NCBI GenBank assembly: GCA_030141605.1
Contig: JAQGDQ010001168.1
Span: 1 to 57,716 of the forward strand
Length of the DNA: 57,716 bases
Source of the DNA: Tubiluchus corallicola
Lineage: Eukaryota > Animalia > Priapulida
Reading direction: 5' to 3'
A program made the translations under genes and the position numbers. Numbering within the stretch: the stretch's first letter is position 1; the number at the start of each line of letters is the position of its first letter. Shown here piece after piece: positions 40,900 to 52,561 of this stretch. The notes under the pieces were generated by a model, which did no database searches, had not been told where the DNA came from, and saw nothing but the letters and a program-made list of their open reading frames with translations.

Positions 40900-41280
40900 T
40901 GCTGTGGTGATGGTGGTGTTTTGTTACTGTCGTTGTTGTTGTCATTGTGGCTGTCGTTGTTGTCGTCGTCGTAATTGTTATTGTTGTTGTTGTTGCGGGT
41001 GCTGCTGTTGTTGTTGTTGGTGATGCTGCTGTTGTTGTTGTCGCCGTTGCCGTTGCCACTGTCATTGTCGTTGTTGTTGCTGCCTTTATCACTGTGGTTG
41101 TCGTTGTTGTTGTTGTTGTCATTGTGCTTGTAGTTGTTGTTGCTGTCGTTCTTAATGTTGCTGTAGCTACCACTGTCGCCGTCGTTGTCACTGTTGTTGT
41201 TGTTTTTGTTACTACTGTTACTGTTGCTGCTGCCGTTATGTTGCTGTTGTTCTGGTCGTTATCGTCATCATCATCCTGGT
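40900..41280. repeat. Degenerate (GTT/GTC/GCT)n low-complexity tract
   Basis: Directly visible. Confidence 0.88.
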
Positions 41281-41443
41281 CTTCACCATCGTTGCCTCGT
41301 GTAACAGAAACAGATCCAGAAACAGCGACAGAGACAACTGTAAAATGATGATAATGACGATGACAGTGAAGACCATAAAGAACATAGTCGTAGTGATGAT
41401 GAGTGGCAATGACTGAGATAGCAGGTGCTACATTTCATGATAT

Positions 41444-41862
41444 TGTTCCGGGGTTCGACACGGTAGATAGCCTTACGGCCCGCCATCGGTGATGCGGGTA
41501 AGCGCTGCATAACGGACGCTCCAGAAATTTCAAACAAAAGAAACAACAAAACCAAAACTTAGAATTCTAAAGGGACGGCTGAGAAGAACAACACAACAGA
41601 AACAAAACCTGATGACAATGCTTCAAACCTTACGGAATCCACGACACTCGGCAGGCAGACAAGAGAAGTGCATTCCACGACAACCAAAAGACAACTGACG
41701 ATGTCACGTGTTCGTTCTATGCACAGGAAACCACTGCTCAACCAATCGCAGGTAATGTGATGGGCTTCCCAGTTTAAAGTGGAGGTCATAACATTACCTG
41801 TAGGTTGGCTAGCTGGTGCCTATGAATAGAACTGTATAATGCACTGTTCCCTGTTCAGCTCA
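41444..41862. mobile_element. Solo LTR, copy 2 (419 bp), ATAT target-site duplication
   Basis: TG...CA termini with ATAT at 41440-41443 and 41863-41866; homologous to 21423-21837. Confidence 0.85.
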
Positions 41863-42485
41863 ATATTTTAATAAAATTTACATTCCAAAACAAAATCGAC
41901 AGCTGCCGTCACCTGCGCGGTTGATTAATATCAAAACAGGCAATTCTCAACGACCGCTGGAGATGTCTTGACCAGTTACGCAGTGTCGCTACCCGTGACA
42001 CGGTATTGTTATCTTTGTCACATTGATTAAAACCAAAAAAAAACAGAAATTGTCATCGCTTCAAGATGTCCATCTGGTCTACGTCCAGGGGAAGTACAAC
42101 GAAAATCAAACCTTCTCTTATATCTTGATACCTGCATTGTTAATACTGATAAAATTTAGAAAATAATTTGCCAAGAAATTAATTAAAGTAATGCCCTAAA
42201 AAGATCTACTTCAGTTGGGTCGGGACCCAAGCTTTAAAATTCGAATTGAAATTTTGTATCATTGACACATCACTGTCTTTTTGCCCCGATAACCGTTAGG
42301 CGAAGCCATTTTAATGGTTAGTTGGTTGAAAAAGTCTAGATAACACTGCGTAAAGTTTGAAAAAATTAATCAGAGCATTTGTAGCACACTCCTCGCTAGT
42401 TAAACAAAAGTTTACATTGTCAATAGGATTAAAATTACGGCTTTGGTAAACCAGTCATGCATTGTGCACACTGTGACAGTGACGT

Positions 42486-42927
42486 TAGTTTAAACATAAT
42501 TTATTATAGGATTGGATCAGACACTTTGAACAACATGATTCAGGATCCTCACCACAACAAACTATACACACTATTTACAAAAACATTTACAGTAAGAATT
42601 GACTATACCTACACAAGCTGACAAGTTTTACTACGAGATTACATTAGATATTAGTAACAATTACAGTAAGAATTGACTATACCTACACAAGCTGACAAGT
42701 TTTACTACGAGATTACATTAGATATTAGTAACAATTACAGTAAGAATTGACTATACCTACACAAGCTGACAAGTTTTACTATAAGATTACATTAGATATT
42801 AGTAACATTTACAGTAAGAATTGACTATACCTATACAAGCTGACAAATTTTACTACAAGATTACATTAGATATTAGTAACATTTACAGTAAGAATTGACT
42901 ATACCTACACAAGCTGACAAGTTTTAC
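42486..42927 (-). mobile_element. LINE 3' UTR fragment with an internal 74-bp tandem amplification (~4.6 copies)
   Basis: Matches ~47510-47680; TTACAGTAAGAATTGAC recurs at 42587, 42661, 42735, 42809 and 42883. Confidence 0.85.
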
Positions 42928-43924
42928 AAAAATTTAACAAAAGAATCGAATGCTGCATTAATTAAATCTACGTTTTCTAATTAATAAATAAACTGCAAAA
43001 ACAGTAGACAGTGACCTATACAGTGACCTTCAATACACAGGCAGCACAGCGCTGTTCCTTTCAAGAAATACGAACTATTTCCTGTAACCTTGCAAAGAAT
43101 GAGATACCAAGTAGGTCGCCTCAGTATTATTACAAAACAGGCCTAGCTTATCTCAGTGATATCATCGCTTTTGGAGAAGATTTAGTGATTGTATAAAAAG
43201 GCAAACATTTTATAGGCTGTAAGCGTGCGTAGGGACAAACAATTCTGTTGCAGAAAAAACGAGATCTATGGTCGAGTGATTCAAGAATAAAAAGCGAGAG
43301 AGGCATTAGCCTGAAACGCAAAGAAACTCGAGAAAATACCTCATTTTTGTTTCGGTAACGGCTGTTAGATATAAAACTAACTTGACTGAATTAACCTGCA
43401 TGTACGTTCTATTTACTTAGAAAACTGTTTTAATAATAAATCCAAAATTAAATATATTATTAACATCGTCATTATTAGTGTCAAATGTTGTCGATAAGTG
43501 ACAACGAAAAAAAATCGTAATAATTTAATCAAATACTTCTAAACGTTAAGTAACATATACAGCACAAAGGAAGAAAATGGCACAAATTAAAAAATACGAG
43601 TTTAGAGATAGGGTTACTAGGAAGTATAATTATTTTTGTTATTTTAACCTTTGCCAAGGAACTTATGCTTCAAAGTTGAGTGTTTGTTTGGTTGTTTTTC
43701 CTGTCTGTTATGATATACTATATATATAATAATAGCCATACATGTTGCCATTATACAAGTATACATTATCCATGTATACAATAGCTATATATGTAGCTAA
43801 TATATAATACTGTTTATTGAGCAGAGAACATGCAACATAAAGAGAAAAAAACATTGATCCTGTACATGGGATGGAGCAGCTCAAACGTAGTAGGGACGAT
43901 AATAACAAAAAACAATACTAATGA

Positions 43925-44165
43925 AGGCACAGTGATAGCAAAGCACAATAATAACAAAAGCACAATGATAACAAAAGCACAATGATAACAAAAGCACAAT
44001 GATAACAAACGTACAATAATAACAAAAGCGCAATGATAACAAAAGCACAATGATAACAAACGCACAATAATAACAAAAGCACAATGATAACAAACGCACA
44101 ATAATAACAAAAGCACAATAATAGCAAAAGCACAATAATAACAAAAGCACAATAATAACACATAA
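43925..44165. repeat. 17-bp minisatellite, ~14 copies
   Basis: Unit ATAACAAAAGCACAAT(G/A). Confidence 0.9.
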
Positions 44166-44918
44166 AAACAACAATAGTAAGAATACATTTTGTAGGCTGC
44201 GAGTTCAAGTTAAAGTTATTTGCAATCCTGTTTCTCTTCCCTTTTCTTACTGATGTTATGAATGTGTACTGAGTTCAGTAAGCTTCTTACTGAGTTCGAC
44301 ACAGTTAGGCTGGTTTAATGATTTCGTAATGAATTTTTTTTAATATTGACTGAAACACATTGTGCATCAGTAAATAAAAAAATAATGTTATGCTTTTTTA
44401 ATTAGATTTCCAAAATGCAGTTTTTCATTTTAACTTGATAACAGTAAACATTCCAAAGCAAGGATCCATAAATTCTGCAGTAGTCTGCACACCAAAACTC
44501 ATAATACGAAATGATTATTAGGAATTTCACTGATCCTTATCATGTTTATTCAGGCTGGATCTATAACTGACAAGAATGCAAATGTGAGCTATAAACAGTT
44601 CGTAATGCCTTGCAAAAGGTGACCTTGAATACTTCTAATTTGTATTAAATATAAGAAGAAACGTTTGTTTACATCAGGAGTCTTCAAGGAGAAAACTGAA
44701 GTCACAACTATTTCAGAACCTATTCAAGCTGCAGCTCTTACGATCTAAATAATTGGTATAGTTTGACAGAAAAAGGCTTATTTAAAATTAAACAAGCTTA
44801 CTAAAATTGCATTTTATTTAAATCTTCAGTTCAAATACATGCCCTACGTCATTAGGCCTATAACATAGAGTGGTTTGATTTAAGTTATTTCTAATATACG
44901 TGGCTAGAAGCTTTAAAT

Positions 44919-45809
44919 AAGGGTGTGCAAATTATCTGACTAGCCGGGCCACATTAAACTTTCCCGCAATTCCTGCAGGCCCACAGGCAGTTTGATCAAG
45001 GAGCCAAGTACAGAAAGGCCTAATAACGATTTTTTTTGCATCCGACCTGCGTACATCATTACTACTACACCCAAGAAACTATTTTAGAAGTCATTAAAAT
45101 TTATATTACAAACCATATATTTCTACTTTCAGGACAGATAGTGGTAATTTCATTACAATGCATATTAGTAATGTGTATCACACAGTCTGTGTAGTACAGT
45201 GTTATTAAGCTACAACCGTCTTGTAAGGGTTAATGGCATCCGATCTAGTAGAAAAAACTACTCGCACTATCTTTGGGATCGTGGCACGGACTTCAGCTGG
45301 ATACACTCAATTAATCGCCCGAGCCGCACCTTCAGGGCCTATTTCAAGGGGAGGAAATGGGGATACTTCCCTGGGGCCTCACCCTACAGGGGGCCTCGCG
45401 CCAAGGCAATATTTTTTTTGCTTTATGCGAACATGCTGCCTCTTCTCTCTCTCTCTCTTGCCGCACGCGCGCCGTTTGCCAGTATTGACAAGTATTAAGG
45501 ACTGGTCTTGAGAATAAAGCAGTTTTTCTTTCAATTTTTCTTTCCTTTAACAACTGTATAACTCCATATTTTCTCTTCGAAAATGCTTCTCCGGCGTTCT
45601 AGCAGTTCAAAAATTTTCTGGGTGCCAACCATGGTAGCGAACGCCCCCCTCGGTGCTTCACCCCCCCCCCCCCCCGATGGGGTCTCACACGCCCCACTTC
45701 CCCGGGCCTCGCCTAGGCTGAAATAGGCCCTGCGCACCTTCATTAGGTTGACAAATCTCTTCGCGGGCCGCACAAATTCTCTCGGCGGGCCGCAATTTGC
45801 ACAGCCCTG
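44919..45809. mobile_element. hAT-type non-autonomous element (outer), 8-bp TSD CTTTAAAT
   Basis: CTTTAAAT at 44911-44918 and 45810-45817; imperfect TIRs AAGGG-TGTGCAAATT and AATTTGCACAGCCCTG. Confidence 0.8.
45333..45732. mobile_element. hAT-type MITE (inner, 400 bp), 8-bp TSD CGCACCTT
   Basis: Perfect 14-bp TIR CAGGGCCTATTTCA...TGAAATAGGCCCTG; CGCACCTT at 45325-45332 and 45733-45740. Confidence 0.92.
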
Positions 45810-46226
45810 CTTTAAATGGAGCTCTCTTATCTAACTGACGTCTTGATGAGCCATGGCCAATGTCTAAACTAGACGTGTTAGGCCATGAATTCCGATGATA
45901 ACAACTACTACAAAGCAAAAATTTTGACACCGGATTTACAGTCACGGATTTGAATTGAAATTTGTTTTTTGGGTTTAAAAATTCACAGCAACAAGCAAAG
46001 CACAAATTTACGAAATTCTGCGTTATTAATGCGCTGTTTAAAAGTGTGTAAAAGTTTAGAGCTGTGGCAGTGGTTTCATTCAAGTGCAATGACGTTATTC
46101 AAAAGAGAAAAACTTATAATTTTGTTTTACTATATAGATTAGATAACGTTTTTCAAATATCCATGGCATGTTCGCTTCTTTGCAATTATTGCTGCATGAA
46201 TTATATCTTTCTAAAACATAGTAGAG

Positions 46227-46304
<78 letters not shown>

Positions 46305-46324
46305 GTGTGTGTGTGCGTGCGTGT
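46227..46324. repeat. (GT)n microsatellite
   Basis: Directly visible. Confidence 0.96.
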
Positions 46325-46616
46325 TGTGTTCAGGAAGACCTCGTAGATACTCAGTGTGTTAGTCTTTTGTCTGTCACGGCAAATTATGTGACAAAGGAAT
46401 TCTTCTACGGAGAGACCATCATAAACAAGGATCTTTGATCAATAACTCTGTGTCTTTTGATAATTTTCTTGAAAATGTTCGTCATGTAATCGAGTTCAAA
46501 TTTTCTATTGAAATTTTGACACATTTCGTATACAGCTAATTAATGAATTACTCTGATGTATAAATAATACTTAACTCGCCATAGTGTTGATTGTTATGAC
46601 GCACGAATTACATTAC

Positions 46617-46986
46617 GACAAGATAAGGCAAGTTAAGGTAAGGTAAGGTCAGGTAAGGTACGGCCAGGTCAGGTGAGGTGAGGTAAGGCAAGGTAAGATA
46701 AGGTAGGGTACGGTAAAGTAAGGTAAGGTGAGCTGAGGTGATATGAGGTTAGGTAAGGTCAGCTGAGGTGATGTGAGGTGAGGATGAGGTGAGACGAGTT
46801 AAGATAAAATAAGGTGAGACAAGACAAGACAAGACAGGACAGGACAGGACAGGACAGGACAGGACAGGACAGGGCAGGGCAGGGCAGGGCAGGGCAGGGC
46901 AGGGCAGGGCAGGGCAGGGCAGGGCAGGGCAGGGCAGGGCAGGGCAGGGCAGGGCAGGGCAGGGCAGGGCAGGGCAGGGCAGGGCA
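46617..46986. repeat. Graded pentanucleotide tract (AAGGT/GAGGT to AAGAC to AGGAC to AGGGC)
   Basis: Directly visible; ends in ~23 perfect AGGGC units. Confidence 0.95.
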
Positions 46987-47507
46987 AAATATATATATAT
47001 CCACTTATATATCCGATTTTTCTTGTCTATTATTTGTCAGAAATTGAAGTCAATAATTGATAGTAAGAGTCACAACGCTAAAAAATTAAATATACAAAAA
47101 ATATGAACAATAATATTAAAATTCATTACAGTACAAAAAGTAATGCTATATACAATACTTATATGAATACATATACATGAAGTGTTTCAATAAATCATCA
47201 CACTGAACTTACAAGTGGTCTTATTTATTTTGTAAAAACACTTGAAGAATTTGCTGTAGTTACATGGTTAGCCAAACTATTCCATATAAAGTAACGCGTT
47301 GATGTTTAATTGAGTATGTTACGAGTAAATTAACACGCTGAGTATTTCGTAACGTTGATCTTAAATTACGAAACACGAAGTTTATTTCTGGTTGCATTTG
47401 CATGTATGTCACTACGAAAAATAAACACAGATTCAACTATATCAGAGAACGCCTGATTCAAAGGGCAACAACATGAGCCACTTGCAACACTATTATGTCT
47501 TTAAATA

Positions 47508-47796
47508 GTTTAGTTTAAACATAGTTTATTATAGGATTGGACGAGACAGTTTGAACAACGTGATTTAGGATCCTCACCACAACAGACTTTATACACTATT
47601 TACAAAAACATTTACAGTAAGAATAGACTATAACTACACAAGCTGACAAGTTTTACTACAAGATTACATTAGATATTAGTAGAAAATGACGGTTAGAAAA
47701 TATTAATGTACGAATATTTAAGACTGATGCATTTCATATCAGATAGAAACTTCTGGAAGCGTTTAGTACGAAATATAAAGTCATGTATACATTGGT
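47508..47796 (-). mobile_element. LINE 3' end, same family as 16197-16545 and 42486-42927
   Basis: Shares AGATTACATTAGATATTAGTAGAAAATGACGGTTAG...ATAAAGTCATGTAT with 16197-16330; minus-strand AATAAA at ~47526-47531. Confidence 0.82.
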
Positions 47797-47799
47797 TTA

Positions 47800-48720
47800 A
47801 ATAGTTTACTAGTATGAGCTCCATAATAAGAAAAAGTGATTATTCTAATGAGTTGTTTCTAGTACTCTTTCCAAAGAATCCTTGTATGTGTTCCCTAGAT
47901 AATACTATTATAACCAAACTAACGATACGCGAAAGTATACAACAGTATCAGCTTGTTTAGTGTCGAAGTATTGAAAATCTTGCTGTATTTTTTATTACAC
48001 CAACAACTTTACTCACCTTAGTACAAATATAGTCCATGCTTTCTCCATGACAACGTTCATGTAAAATGTCACAAAAAATTTAGTTTGCATGATTTGCTCA
48101 ATAAAATTACAAAGTTTTTTGTTAGGTATAATGAAACTATATGCAAAGGTAGTAGAGAACAATTTGTTAGACGCAATTCCTAAGTCGTTAATATTAAGGG
48201 GTCCCAAAATTAGCCCTTGAGGCACTCCGGTAGATAATATCCAGTTTGTTTGAGACGCAATCATTATACAACGAGTATTGCTTTCCATCTTACTTAAGTA
48301 ACTAGTTAACTGATTTATAGCAGTTGCCTCTAATGCCACAATACCTCAATTTATATAAACAGAGTTTTGTGGTCGACAATTTCAAGTACTTTGGTGAGGT
48401 TTATAAACAAACGAAGAGTGTACTCGTTATTCCCATTAGTTTCAGAAATTTTGCTTACAAGAGTTAAAATAGCCATAATTGTCGAACGATTTTCTCATGG
48501 AAATCAAACTGAAATTTATACAACAGATCGTGTGTGTATAGAAATATGGTCAAATGAAAATACATGAAAATTTTCTAAGACTTTTGAAAGCAAAACTGAT
48601 ATTGGTTGATAAATGGGAAATGAGTAGTGCTCTTCATTCTTAGAAACTGACGATATTTTAGCTTCTTTTAGTTAATTGGCATAATGCCATAAGAAGATAA
48701 GTTAAAAATATGCTGTAAGT
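47800..48720 (-). mobile_element. Degenerate CR1-like reverse transcriptase fragment
   Basis: TGVPQGLILGPL...INDL (RT GVPQGS motif), upstream LFINLTKVLEIVDHKTL (DLSKAFDTVDH-like) and YQPISVL; multiple frameshifts and stops. Confidence 0.8.
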
Positions 48721-50305
48721 TAGATTTAAGTATATGTGCAGACATGCCATCCAAAACACTGCTTCAGCTTTAGATTTTAAATTGAGATGATGTTTATAAC
48801 TAACATTGTATTTCACTAAAACGGTGCTTTCATTAAACTGGGTATAGCTCTGACCAGTAGGTGGTGCTGAGTTAGCAGTATTAAGAATTTATTAAACTTA
48901 CTAGCTATTTCAAAGGGATTATGAATTTCATTTGCGTCATGGAAACCCTCACATTACCTGGTTGCTTATTTATAATCTGCTTTAAAACTTGAAAAAATTG
49001 CGATATGTTATTCTCACCCTCTTCAATTTTCGAAGATACTTTCGTCCAGCCGTTCTTATTGATTTGGTTAATTTATATTCATAGGTACCTAGTGCATTTG
49101 CAGGGACTTTTTAAACAATCAAATTATATGTGAACCATTTTACTTTTTAACGCTGACAAGTAAGCCTGCAGTAATGTACGGTGTGTCAAGGTTAGGAACA
49201 CTGTTAAAACGTTTCAATGGGAAACATTTTTCATATTCCTCCAAAACCCTGTTTATGAAGCCAGTATAATCCGTCTGGGTTTCATTACAGTCAAGCAAGT
49301 CTCGTCTCGGGATAGTTTTAGTGATATTCTAAATTCTATTTTCTTGCCTCACTAAACATGCGTTTGTAGCGAAAATTGGTAACCTTTTGTGGTAACTGGT
49401 GATTGGCACACAATTATCTACAGTACATATACCATTATGATGTTCAATTATGGTATGTACACGTTGCATGCGTTGATTTCGTAATGTCAGGTTAACTGTA
49501 AATTGAGGACTCTGAGTCAATTAAAATTTATCTTTCTAAGGACCCCACTGGACTAGCAAAATACTATCCTTACAGTTTCACACTACAGAAAGTCACGTTT
49601 GCCTTCCTCACCCGTCCTTGCTCAGTGATGGACCTTATCAATCTTTCTAGACTCAGTGACCCAACTGACTCCCGACTAAGAGACTAAATTTCATCTTGCA
49701 AAAGTATTACACTTTTCTGCACTTTATTATGTAACATAGAGTTGTAAATTTTTCTACTGTACTGGCGTTTGCCATATAAGGAAGGAAGACTGTACTCCTC
49801 GACTTGTCCCAATATGGCTGCCATTCGAGTGATTATTTATTATAATCTCAACAATTGAAAAACATTGTCAATTGGGTACATTTATTTGTTTTTAAATACA
49901 AAATTCACTCCTGGCTTTTCCAAGTATTAGTTTTGTGTAATTGTTGATAAATTTATTTCTCAACAACAGGAACAGCTACAAAAATGTTGATGTATGTGAA
50001 AGTTAGTCGAGGACGGTGTGACAAAGTCACCTTAGTTTGTAGAATAAATGTCGTTTTTAAATGATAAGTTGTAAATCTCTATATTTAACTGTTTGGGTTT
50101 GCTCGTCTATGAAGGTGAGTCGGGCTTGTAATTATTTACTCAGGTAGGTATAAAACTTTCTTATTTTCCAAGTCGCAGCAACAAACCGAAGTCACTTTTT
50201 TTTGTGGTGTTTAATGTAACAGTGCTTGGCAATTGTTAAACACACCGTTTCCTTAAGGAGATTTGAGACAACGTAGAATTGCCAAGTTGTCGTTCAGAAG
50301 AAAAC

Positions 50306-52561
50306 ATGGATAAATCTGACCTGGAATACGAAACACTTCTGGAGTACATCGACAGAAACGTTATTGGTCGAGAGACTGTAATTCGAACCCCTTATGGTCT
50401 CAGAAACGTTATATACTGTGACTATACTGCATCTGGCAGACCGTTACTATTCATAGAAGAATATATATCACAGTATGTGCACACCATGTACGCCAACACC
50501 CACACTACTACAACGTCTACGTCGCGACAAACGACGCAGTTTCGGCACGAGGCAAGAGATATTATAAAAGCATGCGTCAATGCTAACGAAGATGATGTGG
50601 TCATCTTCATTGGTAGTGGAACCACTGGAGCCATACACAAACTAGTGGCAGCGCTGCAGCTAAACAACAACAGCGAAGTTCAAGACACAGTTGTGATCCT
50701 TGGCCCTTATGAACATCATTCTAATATCTTACCATGGAAAGAGTCTGGGGTTAGACAGACAGTTCGTGTTAGGGAGACTCCAAAGGGGCAAGTTGATTTG
50801 AAAGATTTGGAGAGTCGTTTGAAATATTGGAGTGAACGTAATATTAAGATAGTATGTGCGTTATCTGCAGCAAGTAACGTGACGGGTATTATAACAGACA
50901 CAATAGCAGTAGCAGAATTAGTGCACAAGTATAATGGCTTAAGTTTCTGGGACTATGCAACAGCAGCTCCATATCTTAAAATTGATATGAGTCCTTCGAA
51001 GACTGGTTATAAAGATGCCGTATTTTTCTCACCTCACAAGTTTGTTGGAGGTCCTGGAACACCAGGTGTACTTATTGCTAAGAAGCATATATTCCAAAAT
51101 CCAGTACCACATGGATGCGGAGGTGGAAGTGTGCTTTTCGTGACAAGAGATACTCATTTGTACTTGAAGGACATTGAGTCACGCGAAGAGGGAGGAACTC
51201 CTGCCATTATTGAATCGATAAGAGCTGGAATGGTGTTTCAGTTGAAACGTGAAATTGGAACGGACCTCATCGAGCAAAAGGAACAAGAGATGTGTGAAAG
51301 AGCATTTAGAATATGGGAAAGTAACCCAAGTATAAAAATTCTTGGCAGCCACACATCCAGGCGACTTCCAATATTTTCATTTTTAGTACTCCATCAAGAA
51401 ACTGGAAAGTTCTTGCATCACAATTTTGTATCTGTTCTGTTGAATGACTTGTATGGCATTCAAGCTCGAGCTGGGTGTGCTTGTGCTGGTCCATACGCTC
51501 AAGATCTTCTTGGACTAGACGAAGATACTGCAAGAAAGTTCACTTGGTTTCTTGATGATGATCCCACTGATGGTGAAAGCCATATTAAAGAAGTATTAGA
51601 GATCATGAAACCAGGCTTTGTCAGATTAAATCTTCCGTATTTTTACTCCGACGAATACATTGATTTCATAATAACTGCAGTAAATATGGTTTGTATTCAT
51701 GGATGGAAACTACTGCCGCACTATACTTATGATCCAAGAACTGGTGCCTGGATGCATCGCTGCTTTGACTATACTTGCGATCTTTTCAGCCTTCATAATA
51801 TAAACTATGGCAAAATGGGGATGGTTGTAGAAGAAAACAGGTTTCCGTTTTTAGACAGCAAAAATACCTTAGATGACATAGCTGCTGATGTTCAAGAAGT
51901 TTTTGATGAAGCATCACGTGTCAACTTGGAAATTAATACAATGGAGGACCCACAAATAGACATTGAGGATGAAAGGAAAAAACTGATTTGGTTTCTGGAA
52001 CCCCGGGAAGCACAAGTTGTTCTTGCTTTAGATAAGTTAAAATACAAACCAGTTTCTAAAACGTCCGTGCCATTATCACCACGAGCAGGCTCTATTTCCG
52101 TTTCCGTACAAACCGACTCTCCAACTTCAACAGATCTTCAACTCAGCTGCTTACAGGTGAATCCGTCTAAAAAGTTGTCATTTTGGATGAAACACGGAAA
52201 CTTCTATACGCAAGATACCAGCATAGTAGCACACGTACAAGAAAGTATATTCGACACTGGACGCATACCAGCACTAGAAGGGGAGCAGTCAAATGAAGTT
52301 TATGTCCTAGATAAACACCAGTCCTTGAGAAGGATAAGCGACGCTGAGAAAATTCTGATAGGATGGCACAGAAATGTAAATAGTGGGGTTTCAGAAAGAA
52401 GCGTTGGTTGCCCGGAAACTAGCACGTCAAATTCGAGTTGCTCAACACTAAATTTAACTTCAAGATCACAAGTTACTAGTTTTAGAAAGAGAAGAAATTC
52501 TGCAAATTATTCGCTTGCAAGAAAACAAAAATCAAAAGAGAACAGATGTTTGGTTATGTAA
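50306..52561 (+). CDS. PLP-dependent class-V aminotransferase, SufS-like probable cysteine desulfurase (751 aa from the first ATG), intronless CDS, C-terminal CaaX
   Basis: Long uninterrupted ORF with motifs YCDYTASGR, YANTHT, GSGTTGAI, EHHSNILPW, SAASNVTG, DYATAAPY, FSPHKF (PLP lysine), EEGGTP and RAGCACAGPY (position of the SufS catalytic Cys). First ATG at 50306 (the ORF track starts at an upstream TTG). AATAAA at 52873. Confidence 0.93.
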   Translation: MDKSDLEYETLLEYIDRNVIGRETVIRTPYGLRNVIYCDYTASGRPLLFIEEYISQYVHTMYANTHTTTTSTSRQTTQFRHEARDIIKACVNANEDDVVIFIGSGTTGAIHKLVAALQLNNNSEVQDTVVILGPYEHHSNILPWKESGVRQTVRVRETPKGQVDLKDLESRLKYWSERNIKIVCALSAASNVTGIITDTIAVAELVHKYNGLSFWDYATAAPYLKIDMSPSKTGYKDAVFFSPHKFVGGPGTPGVLIAKKHIFQNPVPHGCGGGSVLFVTRDTHLYLKDIESREEGGTPAIIESIRAGMVFQLKREIGTDLIEQKEQEMCERAFRIWESNPSIKILGSHTSRRLPIFSFLVLHQETGKFLHHNFVSVLLNDLYGIQARAGCACAGPYAQDLLGLDEDTARKFTWFLDDDPTDGESHIKEVLEIMKPGFVRLNLPYFYSDEYIDFIITAVNMVCIHGWKLLPHYTYDPRTGAWMHRCFDYTCDLFSLHNINYGKMGMVVEENRFPFLDSKNTLDDIAADVQEVFDEASRVNLEINTMEDPQIDIEDERKKLIWFLEPREAQVVLALDKLKYKPVSKTSVPLSPRAGSISVSVQTDSPTSTDLQLSCLQVNPSKKLSFWMKHGNFYTQDTSIVAHVQESIFDTGRIPALEGEQSNEVYVLDKHQSLRRISDAEKILIGWHRNVNSGVSERSVGCPETSTSNSSCSTLNLTSRSQVTSFRKRRNSANYSLARKQKSKENRCLVM

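Noticed and set aside
50279-50305. ORF-track start for the desulfurase-like gene
   Set aside because: It is a TTG; the first ATG, in good context (AACATGG), is at 50306.
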